From: Epithemia pelagica
Taxonomy: Eukaryota; Protista; Bacillariophyta
DNA length: 64,000 bases
Direction of reading: 5' to 3'
Assembly: GCA_946965045.2 (NCBI GenBank)
Contig: OX337228.1
Span: 4,774,001 to 4,838,000, forward strand
In this document: in pieces, positions 53,803 to 64,000 of the stretch
Layout: every line of letters begins with the position of its first letter
How positions within the stretch are numbered: the first letter of the stretch is position 1
Translations under genes and position numbers: made by a program
The notes under the pieces: generated by a model
Seen by the model: only the letters and a program-made list of their open reading frames with translations
The model's database searches: none
Told to the model about the DNA's origin: nothing

Positions 53803-54564
53803 ATGTATCCAATGAATGGCAAGGCAGTGGCGACAATGGTGGGAACAAGGAGTCACTCAGATCCCAAAGTCCGCAATGAAAAGAGCAATCCTCACAGTCA
53901 TGCCAAAAGAAGAAAACGGAAACGTAGTTATGCATCTGAGACTAGTTTGGATGAGTTCCAAGTTTCCAAATCCCTGTCAAAAACACCTCTCCATGGCATG
54001 TTGCTGGCCGTCACAACACGCACTACTGGTTCCAAGGCGGACGACGACATTGGAGAACATACCACCACTGCCGAGATATCCTTTACCCAATTACGAGACC
54101 TGTGCCTCACAGCAGGGGGCAATGTTTCGTCGCAAGTCCATAAAAAAGTACATGCGGTCATTGCATCCCCCGAAGCGGTGGCAACTCCTGCGACACAACG
54201 TGTTCGAAAAGCATGGAAATTGGGTATTCCAGTCCTGCAGATCACGTGGCTGCAACAATGCATCCAAAATCAACAATTGTTGTCCATGGATGCACATTCA
54301 TTCCCTCAACAATCCCCTCACGTGAATGGACCAACCCTCTCGTCCAACAGCTTGCAGCAAGATCCTGAATGCAGTCGTAAGAAGAAACTCAAATTGCAAC
54401 CGGACAAGGGTCATGAGAGTTCGGCTGCAGTCACCAAAGAGGTTCACATTGATCTTGGTTGTTGTTGCGTATGCCACGATTCTGTTGCAGAAGGAGTCGT
54501 TACAGACTGTGCATGGTGCGTCGACTGCTCCGTCAATCAACAGTATCGTGCTGCCAAAGCATAG
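53803..54564 (+). CDS. Small BRCT-domain protein with a Cys-rich C-terminus
   Basis: LCLTAGGNVSSQVHKKVHAVI..VRKAWKLGIPVLQITWLQQCI (BRCT); tail GCCCVCHD..DCAWCVDC. Confidence 0.8.
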   Translation: MYPMNGKAVATMVGTRSHSDPKVRNEKSNPHSHAKRRKRKRSYASETSLDEFQVSKSLSKTPLHGMLLAVTTRTTGSKADDDIGEHTTTAEISFTQLRDLCLTAGGNVSSQVHKKVHAVIASPEAVATPATQRVRKAWKLGIPVLQITWLQQCIQNQQLLSMDAHSFPQQSPHVNGPTLSSNSLQQDPECSRKKKLKLQPDKGHESSAAVTKEVHIDLGCCCVCHDSVAEGVVTDCAWCVDCSVNQQYRAAKA

Positions 54565-54599
54565 CCATAGCGAGTTCTATCGTTTACACGGATCTACTC

Positions 54600-56213
54600 C
54601 TACCGAATGAGTTCCTGTAGTTTCTCATCCAGAGTGAAATGCCTAGCGTATCGCCTGAGAATTTCAGTAAAGACTTGTTTCTCCTCCTGTTCCACATTGG
54701 GATGAAACACAAGATCCAATATCCACAGGGTGGCTCGTCGGACAATTCGAGCCGCCTCTTGTTCATGCTTCAAAATCCAGGTCAGACGGGCTTCCGCGTC
54801 GGCGAGGTCATCACTTAAAGGAACGTAATGGATCCATGGTTCGAGCCGTTCCTCCATGGCCCAGGATGTGAATCTCGGAATGGGCATCATGACAATGGAG
54901 TTGGACAACAAGGCCCATTTAAGGCCACTGCTAACATCATTTCCTTCGACAATTATCAAGGCTTTGTATTCCAATAGTTCTGCCATGGATAAGGATGATC
55001 CAGTAATATTGTAGCCATCCAAAATTTCAGCAATTCGTCCTCCGACCGAAGTGAGCTTGGCATCGATGCGAGGGGATCCACGAGTGTTGTAGACCAAGCG
55101 GCATCGGTCGATAGAAATGCAGGTTCCCCTGTCATTCATACCAGCACTTGCTTGAACTTGTTTGTTCACAAAACCGTTCAACTTGCCGCGAAACACTGCC
55201 ATGGATTTCTTTTCGTTCCAGGGTCGATCGTTACAAGGAACCTCTTGTAGTTTCGAGTAATGTCGCTTCACATTCAACTTCCATACAATGGGTTGCACAA
55301 TTTGATGGACAGTCTTACTGGGTTGCTCCAAGACTCGTGCGCCTGGACAGTTTTCCGGCAGAATCAGTTGCTGAAATTTGGCGCGTGACCAAGATTTTCG
55401 AAATTTCTTCATATGTGGAACAACCGGATGAGACCAAAGACTTTCCAATTTATTTTGTTGTTGCTGCTGACCCAAAGAGTGTTTCCACACGGCTGGAGCC
55501 TTGGTTTCCGATGCATCCCCATACTGAAGAAGGATGGGAATGTTTTTTGCCTCGTCCGGTAAGTTGACTGAGATTGTTGAATTGGTATCCTTGCAATAGA
55601 GGAACATTTTCGATTCCTCTGCAGACCGAGCTTTTGCGCAGGGTATCATGGTGCTCGGGTGCAAAACGAACATGCGTGCTGGATTGATACTGCTGTCGAC
55701 TTGGAAAAATCTGTTCCATGTCAAGTGGTCGTTCGGCCCTGTCCTGCCTGTTATGGAGGCATTTGACCAAGAAAGTTCGCGAATCAACACATTCGGCGAA
55801 CTGCTGGTCGAGAAAGGTTTCTTCTCAAGAGGCATGTATCGTACTTTGGCTTCACACGTGACGCTCTCCGTTGGCGGCAAATACCATTGTCCCATATAGA
55901 TTTGCACTCGCTCCTCTACCGAAGGAAATCTTGATTCTCGGAAATCGAGCTCGCTTCGAGATTGGTACGTATAAAACGATTTGCAGGAGACATTGCGGCT
56001 GCCTTGACGATGATGCAACTCGTTCCACAGTGATCGTCCTCCAGCGACAACGAGCCAGGTGCTGCCTATCAGAAGTGTCGCGACGAGGACGATGCGAGCA
56101 GTTCTCGGTCGGCCTAGCGGATAGAGTCTCCAGTGGTGTTTGAAACGTTCCGTTTGTATCCGAATTGCCGGCCAACTAAGGACTCGAGACCACACTCGCT
56201 TGTTCTCCTTCAT
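54600..56213 (-). CDS. Glycosyltransferase family 90 (CAP10/POGLUT-like)
   Basis: AVFRG, LLEYKALIIVEGNDVSSGLKW, LEPWIHYVPL, IVRRAT; N-terminal TM; likely ATG 56213. Confidence 0.88.
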   Translation of the reverse strand: MKENKRVWSRVLSWPAIRIQTERFKHHWRLYPLGRPRTARIVLVATLLIGSTWLVVAGGRSLWNELHHRQGSRNVSCKSFYTYQSRSELDFRESRFPSVEERVQIYMGQWYLPPTESVTCEAKVRYMPLEKKPFSTSSSPNVLIRELSWSNASITGRTGPNDHLTWNRFFQVDSSINPARMFVLHPSTMIPCAKARSAEESKMFLYCKDTNSTISVNLPDEAKNIPILLQYGDASETKAPAVWKHSLGQQQQQNKLESLWSHPVVPHMKKFRKSWSRAKFQQLILPENCPGARVLEQPSKTVHQIVQPIVWKLNVKRHYSKLQEVPCNDRPWNEKKSMAVFRGKLNGFVNKQVQASAGMNDRGTCISIDRCRLVYNTRGSPRIDAKLTSVGGRIAEILDGYNITGSSLSMAELLEYKALIIVEGNDVSSGLKWALLSNSIVMMPIPRFTSWAMEERLEPWIHYVPLSDDLADAEARLTWILKHEQEAARIVRRATLWILDLVFHPNVEQEEKQVFTEILRRYARHFTLDEKLQELIR

Positions 56214-56452
56214 ATCGTACAACAAACATACGGAGAGCGATGAGAAGAGAAACGAGAAAAAATGCTGTGAAAAGAAGGCATACAATAGGGATAGGGATGG
56301 GGCCTCGTGCGTGATCGCGCCGTGAGTCCCCCAGATCTTCGCCGGCCCAGTCAGTGGTGGAACGATGCCGGCGCCCTTTGGTCCCGATGTGCACGTGCCA
56401 TCATTGCCACCATCACAACATGGCCCGCCATGATGTGGATTGCTCATAGAGG

Positions 56453-57829
56453 ATGTATCAGAATGATCAATCCATGTGGACCGTCGACGTAATGAGTAAC
56501 AGTTTGCACGTATCCAACAAACTTCTTCGTGTATATTTCATTGGAATAACGCTTTTCTCATGTCTTTGTGTCCTGCTTCCGCCGCTACCGTCGTTCCAGA
56601 ATCTGGGCCAACGATACTTTGCGCCCGAACCCATGGTTCTGGGACCCTGTGCCATCAACTTGTATGGCTTGCCTCGCAGTTTCAAGGCCAGTGTACTGCC
56701 GTCCTTGATCCGAAATGTTATTCGACCCAATGTTCTGTACAAGTGTGACTATTTTCTTCATTTCGATAACTCAGGATTTGACAGGTTCAATGGTCGAAGT
56801 GATCGGGTGGGTCACATCAATCCACTGGATGTCCATCTCCTCACCAAAGCCGTTCATGAGGAGTATCGAAAAGAAGGATTGGCTCCACCTCGTGTACTGT
56901 TCTCGAATACAACGGCAGAAGAATTCCAGCAAACATACGAAAAGCTCTTGCAAAAGATATACAATGACAAAGATGAAAAGGGGAATCCTGTCTATCTGCC
57001 CCTGAATCACAAGTCTTACACGTTCAGTACGATCGAGAATGTTATCAAAATGTGGCATAGTCAGGAAGCGGTTTGGAATCTCATGGAAAGCCAGAGCGAT
57101 AAACACTATTCTCGAGTAGCCATGCTACGATCAGATGTTGTGTACGTAACACCGATTGATATCTATGAACTGGGTGACTATAAAAAGAAGTGGGACTATC
57201 AGAATACAGAAGCCGTCGTACCGCTATTTGCGAGGTTTCCTGTCAATGATCGAATGATTTACGGGCCATACGATGCGGTCAAAATATGGGCTACCGGAAG
57301 ATTTGCGCGCCTCAACCTGCACATTGCCCACGTTCAAAAACATGCACCGGGCGACGGCTTGCATTCGGAACGTTTTCTTCAGTATACCATTTTTCCAGCG
57401 ATTCGGCAGGCTGGGGTCAACATTACAATGAAGCATGGACTGTGCTTTCTCCGTGTCCGTGCGGACCACTCCGTCCGTCTTTCGGATTGTGGCAAGCTCC
57501 ACGTAACCCATAACAATCACAAGGCCGTCGAAACCATTCTCGGAAGGACCTGTGTTCAAAACTGGACGCTGATAAGACCAAAGAATCTGGTCCAACTGGA
57601 GTGTCCTGTTACCGCAAAGGCAGCTGTGGGACCTGAGGTCAAGTGGCACAGCGGATGCAACCCCAACTTATCAGTCACTGCTCCCGTAGGTTCGAAACAC
57701 CGTCGGAAACCCATCCTCTTCTTTCTACAAAAGCCCACTCCAGCTCCCACGCGTCATCCCTGCATACAGGAACATATTTCACTCATGATTCAGTGGGAAA
57801 ATGAAAACGCAACTCTCACCAAACCATAG
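56453..57829 (+). CDS. Uncharacterised type II membrane protein, possibly glycosyltransferase-like
   Basis: N-terminal TM; CAINLYGLPRSF, RVAMLRSDVVY, VNDRMIYG, LHSERFL motifs recall GT-A-like algal families; not firmly identified. Confidence 0.7.
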   Translation: MYQNDQSMWTVDVMSNSLHVSNKLLRVYFIGITLFSCLCVLLPPLPSFQNLGQRYFAPEPMVLGPCAINLYGLPRSFKASVLPSLIRNVIRPNVLYKCDYFLHFDNSGFDRFNGRSDRVGHINPLDVHLLTKAVHEEYRKEGLAPPRVLFSNTTAEEFQQTYEKLLQKIYNDKDEKGNPVYLPLNHKSYTFSTIENVIKMWHSQEAVWNLMESQSDKHYSRVAMLRSDVVYVTPIDIYELGDYKKKWDYQNTEAVVPLFARFPVNDRMIYGPYDAVKIWATGRFARLNLHIAHVQKHAPGDGLHSERFLQYTIFPAIRQAGVNITMKHGLCFLRVRADHSVRLSDCGKLHVTHNNHKAVETILGRTCVQNWTLIRPKNLVQLECPVTAKAAVGPEVKWHSGCNPNLSVTAPVGSKHRRKPILFFLQKPTPAPTRHPCIQEHISLMIQWENENATLTKP

Positions 57830-57835
57830 GTGGTG

Positions 57836-60800
57836 TTACAAATACAGAGAACTGCAAAACACAATATCTCTTCTTATCATTTCGCCGCCTTTGGTAAATT
57901 TTTCTTCCAGCTCGTGGTTTCCCACCGCTTTTGAAGCTGTGGCAACCTGTCGAACCAACTCTTCCAATCGTCGTAATGTACGGATCGTCGTTCCTTCGTA
58001 TGCTTTGGTCAGTTTTTGGACCTCCACGAATTTTGCTCCCTGACACCACGCGTAAACAGCCTCCATCCTAAAGAAACAATTAGAAGAGCAATTGGTGAGA
58101 AAAGCAGCGCAATCGACTGTGGCACCAAACGTAGACCGAGAAAGAGGCGCTCAGAAAGTATGGTCGCTTTCGAGTTCTTCACACAAGAAAGAGTCGGACC
58201 AACGTTAATTCAGCTTCATGAGCTCCAACCAGAAAAGTCGCGGCTCGAACAAAGCCGAAACGCCGGCAAAAATGATTATCATCAAAGCACGTCAATCGAT
58301 GTAAACTTTATTCTGCAATAGTTCACTCACATCTCTGGATTGAATTGGTCCACAAACTCGTCTTCATTCACATCGACACCGCAGGCGACCTCCACTCCTG
58401 CTACAGCACGCGCAGCATCCTGCAGTTTGTAGAATGGGGTAGCCAAGAAACTTTTCAAACCACTTGCTGGGTTCTCCTCATCTCCTTTGACAGCTTCCCC
58501 AAACGTCATGCAAGAAAGAACAGCCACAGCTTGTTCCGTTGTCAGATCGTTGAAAACACCAAGAAACATCAGCTCGACAACTACCAATTCGTTGGCAGTG
58601 TTGATTTCACAGGCAGTCCTTCCTTTGGTCTGGATTACGCCATTCGCATCCACATGTCCCAGGCGCTTCAGCACCTTCTTCATTTTCTTCAAGTCATCCT
58701 TCAAAGCAATCGACTGGCAAGCACGTGCTTTTTCACGAAGACCCTTAGCACGCTCAAGTAGCAACGTCTTTCGTTCGTGCGCTTGCACAAGGGACAATCG
58801 TGTCTCCTCGTCGAACTTCTCGGTAAGCTCATGAGTGGCTAGCCTCTTCGTCAATGCTTCCGCCCGGTTAAGAAGGGTTTGGAAAGCATCATCTTTAATT
58901 CCCAGATCGTTCACGGGATCAAGCAAGGGAATGTCATTTGGCATTCTGTTCTGAACTTCCTTTACTTGATTTGCAACCTTTCGACGACTCGAGACCGTCG
59001 TGACTTCGTGGGGCGTGAATATGCGAACGGCCGAGATTCTTTCAATACAGTCTAGCCCAAGGCCATGGAAAACGCGCATTGAGACAATTTTTGGATCGTC
59101 ATCCTTCCGCACAGCGCGGCAGTTTTCAGCAGTTCCCTGCCATAAAAGGGAAGCATTCTCCATATCTTCGTCTTTCCCTCTAGTCTCCGCATCAAAATGT
59201 CGATCAACGCAGTTAACCATAACGTCAATGCTGTACTCTGAACCAGAGGTTTCCGAGGCGAGACGTCCCGCTGCACCCGCCGAACCACCGACATTTTTCT
59301 TTTTGCAAGAGATCAGAACACCCCAACCATAAGACTCTCCCTCAATCGAAATGTCCAGAAATCGCCCAGGCTGTTGAAGAAATTTTAAAATGTATTGGGG
59401 ATGCCTGATCATTTCGGCAATTCTCTTTCGGGTCAAATTCAGTTGTTTATCCATTTGATAGTACTGAGATGCAAGTTCAGCGTCTTCGCCTTTGCCCAAG
59501 TCGACTGCTTCGGCGTGATTTTCCAAACTTTCTGCTTCCTGAAGTAACCCAGGGGCGTCACGTTCCTTCTGAAACTACGAAACGAATGCCAGAATAAGTA
59601 AAATACCAGATCTTTGGTCAGCATTGTAAGAGACTTACCTGATGAAAGGAGGCTCTTAAAAGGTATTCCGGGTCAACATCTTCAACCCGCATGAGATTTA
59701 GAAGCATATTATATGATATGCGGTAGCTCGAATTTAAAGGATCTGGTGCCCCGTATAAAATGTCCTTGCACACAGCCGGTTCCATTTTCTCGTCCAACAT
59801 TTGGATAACTATACCGCGGTCATCCTTGCCACGGCGTCCCGCACGGCCACTGAGTCAACTTACGGTTGAGACAACAAATATATACAAGACAGGCATATCG
59901 ATCGCCCATTAAGACTCACCTCATCTGAATATATTCACCGGATGTCACCCAACGGAAGTCCTTACCATCCCACTTTCGAGTGTTGGTGAAAACAACCTGC
60001 AGCGATGACAATCGGAATAAATAGACAAATACTAGATCAACTGAGATAATACAAAGTGGAACCGTGAACCTGATCGTACCGTTTTCGCAGGCATGTTGAT
60101 TCCAATGCTAAAAGTTTCTGTCGCAAACAGTGTTTTCACCAGGCCTTCTGAAAAAAGAATTTCTACAATCTCTTTGAGAATGGGTAACAGACCGCCATGA
60201 TGAATACCTATCCCTCGTTTCAGCAAAGGAAGAAGCGCTTCAACCTGAGGAAGGGCACGATCGTCCTCTCCGAGCGATTCAATCGCATTTTGATAAACTT
60301 GCGAAATGAGATCTTTTTCAACATCATCTGTGAAATCCTCGTTATTGAGAGCAAGAGCGAATCTTTCACAATCTTTCTTGGAGAAAGAGAAAACTATTAC
60401 AGGGTCCAAGTTTCGAAGCATTATCAACTGAACGATCTTGTGCAAACCCGCCTGTGGACCAGCCTTCTTCTTCCCTCCCTTTTCACGAGATTTTCTTTTC
60501 TTTGAGTCACCAGATATCATGGACTCTGCAATGGCGGAGTCAACAGAACCAGCTTGCAGAGTTGCCATCGCCTTTTGAAAATTTTGTTCGCGGAATTTCC
60601 CTTTCTCATCAACAACAAGGTGTAGCCCATCGCCTCCTTGCGGGTAAATGTAGTGCTGCAATGGTGTTGGGCGATAGTTTGTGTATACGACGTGACAAGG
60701 TTGGTGGTGAATTTCTGCCACCCAATCTGCAAATTGAGAAGCATTTGGTATCGTTGCAGAAAGGAAAACAAAACGCACTCTATGTGGAAGCAATATAATG

Positions 60801-61713
60801 GACTCTTCCCAAACGACGCCACGTTCAGAATCTCTCATATAATGCACTTCGTCATAAATGACCCAAGCTACCTCGCGAATCAATTCACTTCCGCGGTATA
60901 GCATGCTTCGTAAAATCTCGGTGGTCATGACGAGCGCTGTAGCAGTTGGGTTAATAGTGATATCACCTGTCATAAGCCCACTGATAGAACGTAAGTAAAA
61001 ACCCGTGGAGAACCAAACACATTCTCACAGTACAGATGAACTCACACATCATGAAATTCTTCCTGAAGGTCACGATATTTTTGATTGGACAACGCCTTGA
61101 TAGGAGAGGTATAAACAACGCGCTGACCTTTCTTCAGACAGGTTGCCACAGCATACTCTGCTACTGCAGTCTTTCCCGCGCTCGTGTGGGCTGCGACCAG
61201 AACGCTTTCATCTTTATCGATGTATCCTACTGCTTGCTGTTGGAATGGATCAAGTCGGAAAGGATAGACCTTTGCTGGCTCCTGAGGGGGTTCCACTGTT
61301 GCAAACGTGTGTCCAGGAGGAAGATTCTTTGGATATGCAGTGTAGGATCGAACCGACTTGTCGTGTGAAGTACCAGTAGCAATCTCTCGTTCTGGACCAC
61401 CGTCGTTCGTCTTTTTCGCTGTTGATTCACTCAGAGGCAAATCAATGTTCGATGAAGCAATTGGATTGGACATCATAGATGCATACAACGATGGTTTTGT
61501 ATCAGAATCACTGGCAGATCTGTCCGCAGTTCCCCTTCCTGTATCATCGGACCCATTCTGGGACGTTGTAACTTCCGAAGTGCCCTGACCTCCACTCTGG
61601 GATGATTCTTCCACACTATTCCCTTCTGTTCGTTGCTTCTTTGCCTCCGGCTCATCTGATTCCGCAGCTGCGCCGTCAAACGCACCAAAAAGATCGTCTA
61701 AATCGTCACCCAT
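57836..61713 (-). CDS. MTR4: Ski2-like DExH RNA helicase MTR4; exons 61713-61046, 60980-60080, 59996-59920, 59849-59639, 59574-58331, 58067-57836
   Basis: [42 protein letters not shown], arch/KOW, C-terminal DSHCT ([23 protein letters not shown]). Five GT-AG introns join the ORF fragments in frame. Confidence 0.95.
58147..58290 (-). ncRNA. Probable intronic box C/D snoRNA with an 18S rRNA antisense element
   Basis: In the 263-nt MTR4 intron (58068-58330): stem GUGC/GCGC, box C UGAUGA 58284-58279, D' CUGA 58213-58210, C' UGAAGA 58181-58176, D CUGA 58154-58151. Guide GCGACCAUACU is complementary to 18S AGUAUGGUCGC. Confidence 0.7.
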
Positions 61714-61950
61714 CGTGGTTTGACGGAACTCCTGACCTCTGTGGCGCAACTGGTAAAAGAATGGCGAGTCTACACCATGGGAACATGGGACATGCAGGAT
61801 TTTGAGGGGTGATGAGGACGACTACGTATCGATGGACAGACCGAAACATCATCGTGGTCACTAGCAAGGGTAGCTTCTAGGATCGTATGTTGAACCATGA
61901 CAAAAAATGTCGTTTCTATGTTGGTCTGTAATCAAAATCGACTATCATCC

Positions 61951-64000
61951 TTACCACGGTAGAGCTAAGTCGTCGTTCTTAGCATTCTTGTTCTTCCCAT
62001 TTTTCGTTCTTGTCTCCTTGTTTCGTTTAACGATGGATGCGTGACGTGCGACGAGCTCCGCCTCGACAAGTTTCCGACTTTTGCTTTCTTTCGGCGTCTC
62101 AACTGTGGAACGAACAACAGCCTCAAGATATGCCCCTCTCCGATTGTTTACTGCCGTCGTCTCCAGTAGATCTGATTTCATATTGTTTATCAGAGTCTCG
62201 ACTGTTTCTGCCTCATCTGCCGCCGAAGTCTCATTTCTGTTCGGATCCCCGTCAGTGCGTAGCTCGCCGACAATTCGAGGTTGTTGAACTGGGTCGTGAG
62301 AAACTTTAGTAGTACCCAAAGCCCTCGTTTGCGTTCCCTGATCAGGTACCATTTCAATCCTAGACAATCCCACAGATCGTAAGTGAAGATGAGCCCGTTC
62401 CTCAGGGGATAATTCTGAGAGTTCAGCGGACACCCGAAAATCGTCATGGTTCTCCCCAACACCACGATCCTCTTCGTCCTCATTAGAAATTTCATCGCTC
62501 CCATCATCCGAGCAGTTTTCCTCGTCAACAAGGAGATCCAACAAAGTATCGACGTATGAAGGAGGCGGTTCAGCACGGGCTTTTATTATGTGGTGATCGT
62601 CCACAAGTGCTTTCCCCATTGTCCTGCTTGGTTTCGCTTGTCCCTCATTTTGCCAGTACAACAAACGAATATCCTCCAATCTCTCTCTAAGGACTTCATC
62701 ATCGATTGTATCTTGGCAATAACCCATCTCCTCGAGCCACTTCCACATTCCTCCTGTGTGCGCCATCGGATACTGTGAATCCTCCGCAGCATCACGGGCA
62801 CGTCTTTCACAGGCAAGAAATGACTGCCTCATCGTTTCTTTTTTCCTCAAGAAGTCGGATTCAAGAGACTGAGCTGTCTGTGCTATGAGATCAGCGACAG
62901 CTTTCCGTCGTTTTGCTGGTCTTAACTGAGCGTATGAAACAGGTTGAGCAGTGAGTGCAGTAGCAGATACTTTTGTTTCCTCTGGAGTGGATTTTCTTTT
63001 CTTGGATGGCTTTGATGCTTTTTTTGGGTCAACTACTGGTATTGTTGCTTGTTTTGCTGGTATTGTTGCTTGAAGCTTTAATTTCGGTTCTTTAAAACCG
63101 GTACAGATGACTTTGACTTTGAATGTCGATCCACTCAAAGCCTCAAGAATCGATTTTCTAAAGTGGGGTTCCTGTTCATTACCTCCATCTTTTCTTTTTG
63201 ATTTGGGGGGTAAATAAACTTCCGCGAACTCTTCCTCTGTAAGGTTGTCGTGGCACCATCTCTCCATATTTGCAGCGTTTTGCTTGAGAAAGTCATGTTG
63301 TCTTCGAAGCAAGGCGCACACAGCCAAGAGATCTTGGGATAGTCTTGTTTTCTCCAAGGATTCTACCGTCTTTCGTGTCGTTGCAACACTCGTCCCGACC
63401 GTCTCGGCTTTATTTTGAGAGTTTGCGTCAGTCGACGATGCATTCGATGATTTTTCGTCTTTGGCTGCCTCAAGCATAAGTTGAACAATTGTCTCTGGTG
63501 GCTTCGCTTGCTGCACACCATTCGAAGAGCTGCTTGGAGAAGAAAGTTGGCTGATGAATGAAGTATGGACTCGGTCTAGTAGGGCGTATATTTTTCGATT
63601 CTTCAGCGTTACCTCCTGAGGTAAGGAAGGGAGGAAAGGATAGAACAACGTCTTGGAAGGTAGCAAGCCGCAGAACGTACTTTGATTCAATCCAGGGTGG
63701 GGTGGAACATGCGAAGACGACTGAGCTTTCGGTCCCGAAGAAGACGATGAAGCTTTGGTATGGGGACCAGAATCGGAAGATTTTGATGTTGTATTCTTGG
63801 CTCCAAGCTTCTTTAGTCGACCTCCCGTTTGACCAGCTAATCCAACACCCGCAGAAGAACCCTTTGCCATAGGTAAAGGCATTCCGGTTTTCGTCTTCGA
63901 CTTTTTGTTGGCTGAAGATACTGGGATTTTGGATTCATCTTGTGCCGATGCCGCCTTTTTTGGTCCGCGCTTCTTTGTTGCGGTCGTCGAGGTACGCTTT
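61951..64000 (-). CDS. 5'-truncated nuclear protein, possibly ADA3/NGG1-like (SAGA subunit)
   Basis: Frame is open to the window end; K-rich NLS-like stretches. SPEERAHLHLRSVGL followed by a coiled coil (NNMKSDL..NNRR) resembles the Ada3 C-terminal domain. Confidence 0.4.
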   Translation of the reverse strand, partial: KRTSTTATKKRGPKKAASAQDESKIPVSSANKKSKTKTGMPLPMAKGSSAGVGLAGQTGGRLKKLGAKNTTSKSSDSGPHTKASSSSSGPKAQSSSHVPPHPGLNQSTFCGLLPSKTLFYPFLPSLPQEVTLKNRKIYALLDRVHTSFISQLSSPSSSSNGVQQAKPPETIVQLMLEAAKDEKSSNASSTDANSQNKAETVGTSVATTRKTVESLEKTRLSQDLLAVCALLRRQHDFLKQNAANMERWCHDNLTEEEFAEVYLPPKSKRKDGGNEQEPHFRKSILEALSGSTFKVKVICTGFKEPKLKLQATIPAKQATIPVVDPKKASKPSKKRKSTPEETKVSATALTAQPVSYAQLRPAKRRKAVADLIAQTAQSLESDFLRKKETMRQSFLACERRARDAAEDSQYPMAHTGGMWKWLEEMGYCQDTIDDEVLRERLEDIRLLYWQNEGQAKPSRTMGKALVDDHHIIKARAEPPPSYVDTLLDLLVDEENCSDDGSDEISNEDEEDRGVGENHDDFRVSAELSELSPEERAHLHLRSVGLSRIEMVPDQGTQTRALGTTKVSHDPVQQPRIVGELRTDGDPNRNETSAADEAETVETLINNMKSDLLETTAVNNRRGAYLEAVVRSTVETPKESKSRKLVEAELVARHASIVKRNKETRTKNGKNKNAKNDDLALPW

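Noticed and set aside
1-64000. CRISPR arrays, tRNA or rRNA genes, telomeric repeats
   Set aside because: No spaced direct-repeat array, tRNA cloverleaf with T-loop or telomere tract was seen; the short repeats are coding microsatellites.

Overview
Gene-dense eukaryotic nuclear DNA, almost certainly from a diatom. The evidence is short GT-AG introns, bipartite signal+F/Y plastid presequences, a nucleus-encoded sigma-70 factor and a CoDi-like Ty1/copia element. About 25 host genes are present: partial DCC1-like, GT7 galactosyltransferase, plastid sigma factor, plastid PGAM, GRP94, P1B Cu-ATPase, SKP1, LCAT/PDAT-family acyltransferase, PEX12, Gln-dependent NAD synthetase, SAR1, TPR-DNAJC8, TGT, CtIP/SAE2, ALG8, GOGAT large subunit, RRP46, a BRCT protein, GT90, MTR4, partial ADA3-like and several unknowns. 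A young, full-length LTR retrotransposon lies at 31005-37089 (214-bp LTRs with 1 mismatch, ATCAT target-site duplication). It has no tRNA-type PBS. Instead, the 14 nt right after the 5' LTR are the perfect reverse complement of a 14-nt stretch inside the LTR, the architecture of Tf1-type self-primed reverse transcription, here in a copia element. The element also carries an extra 233-aa ORF upstream of gag-pol. Other highlights are a probable C/D snoRNA with 18S helix-27 complementarity in the long last intron of MTR4, and a Chlamydia-like TGT with a plastid-type presequence. All family assignments come from motif recognition by eye; no database search was run.
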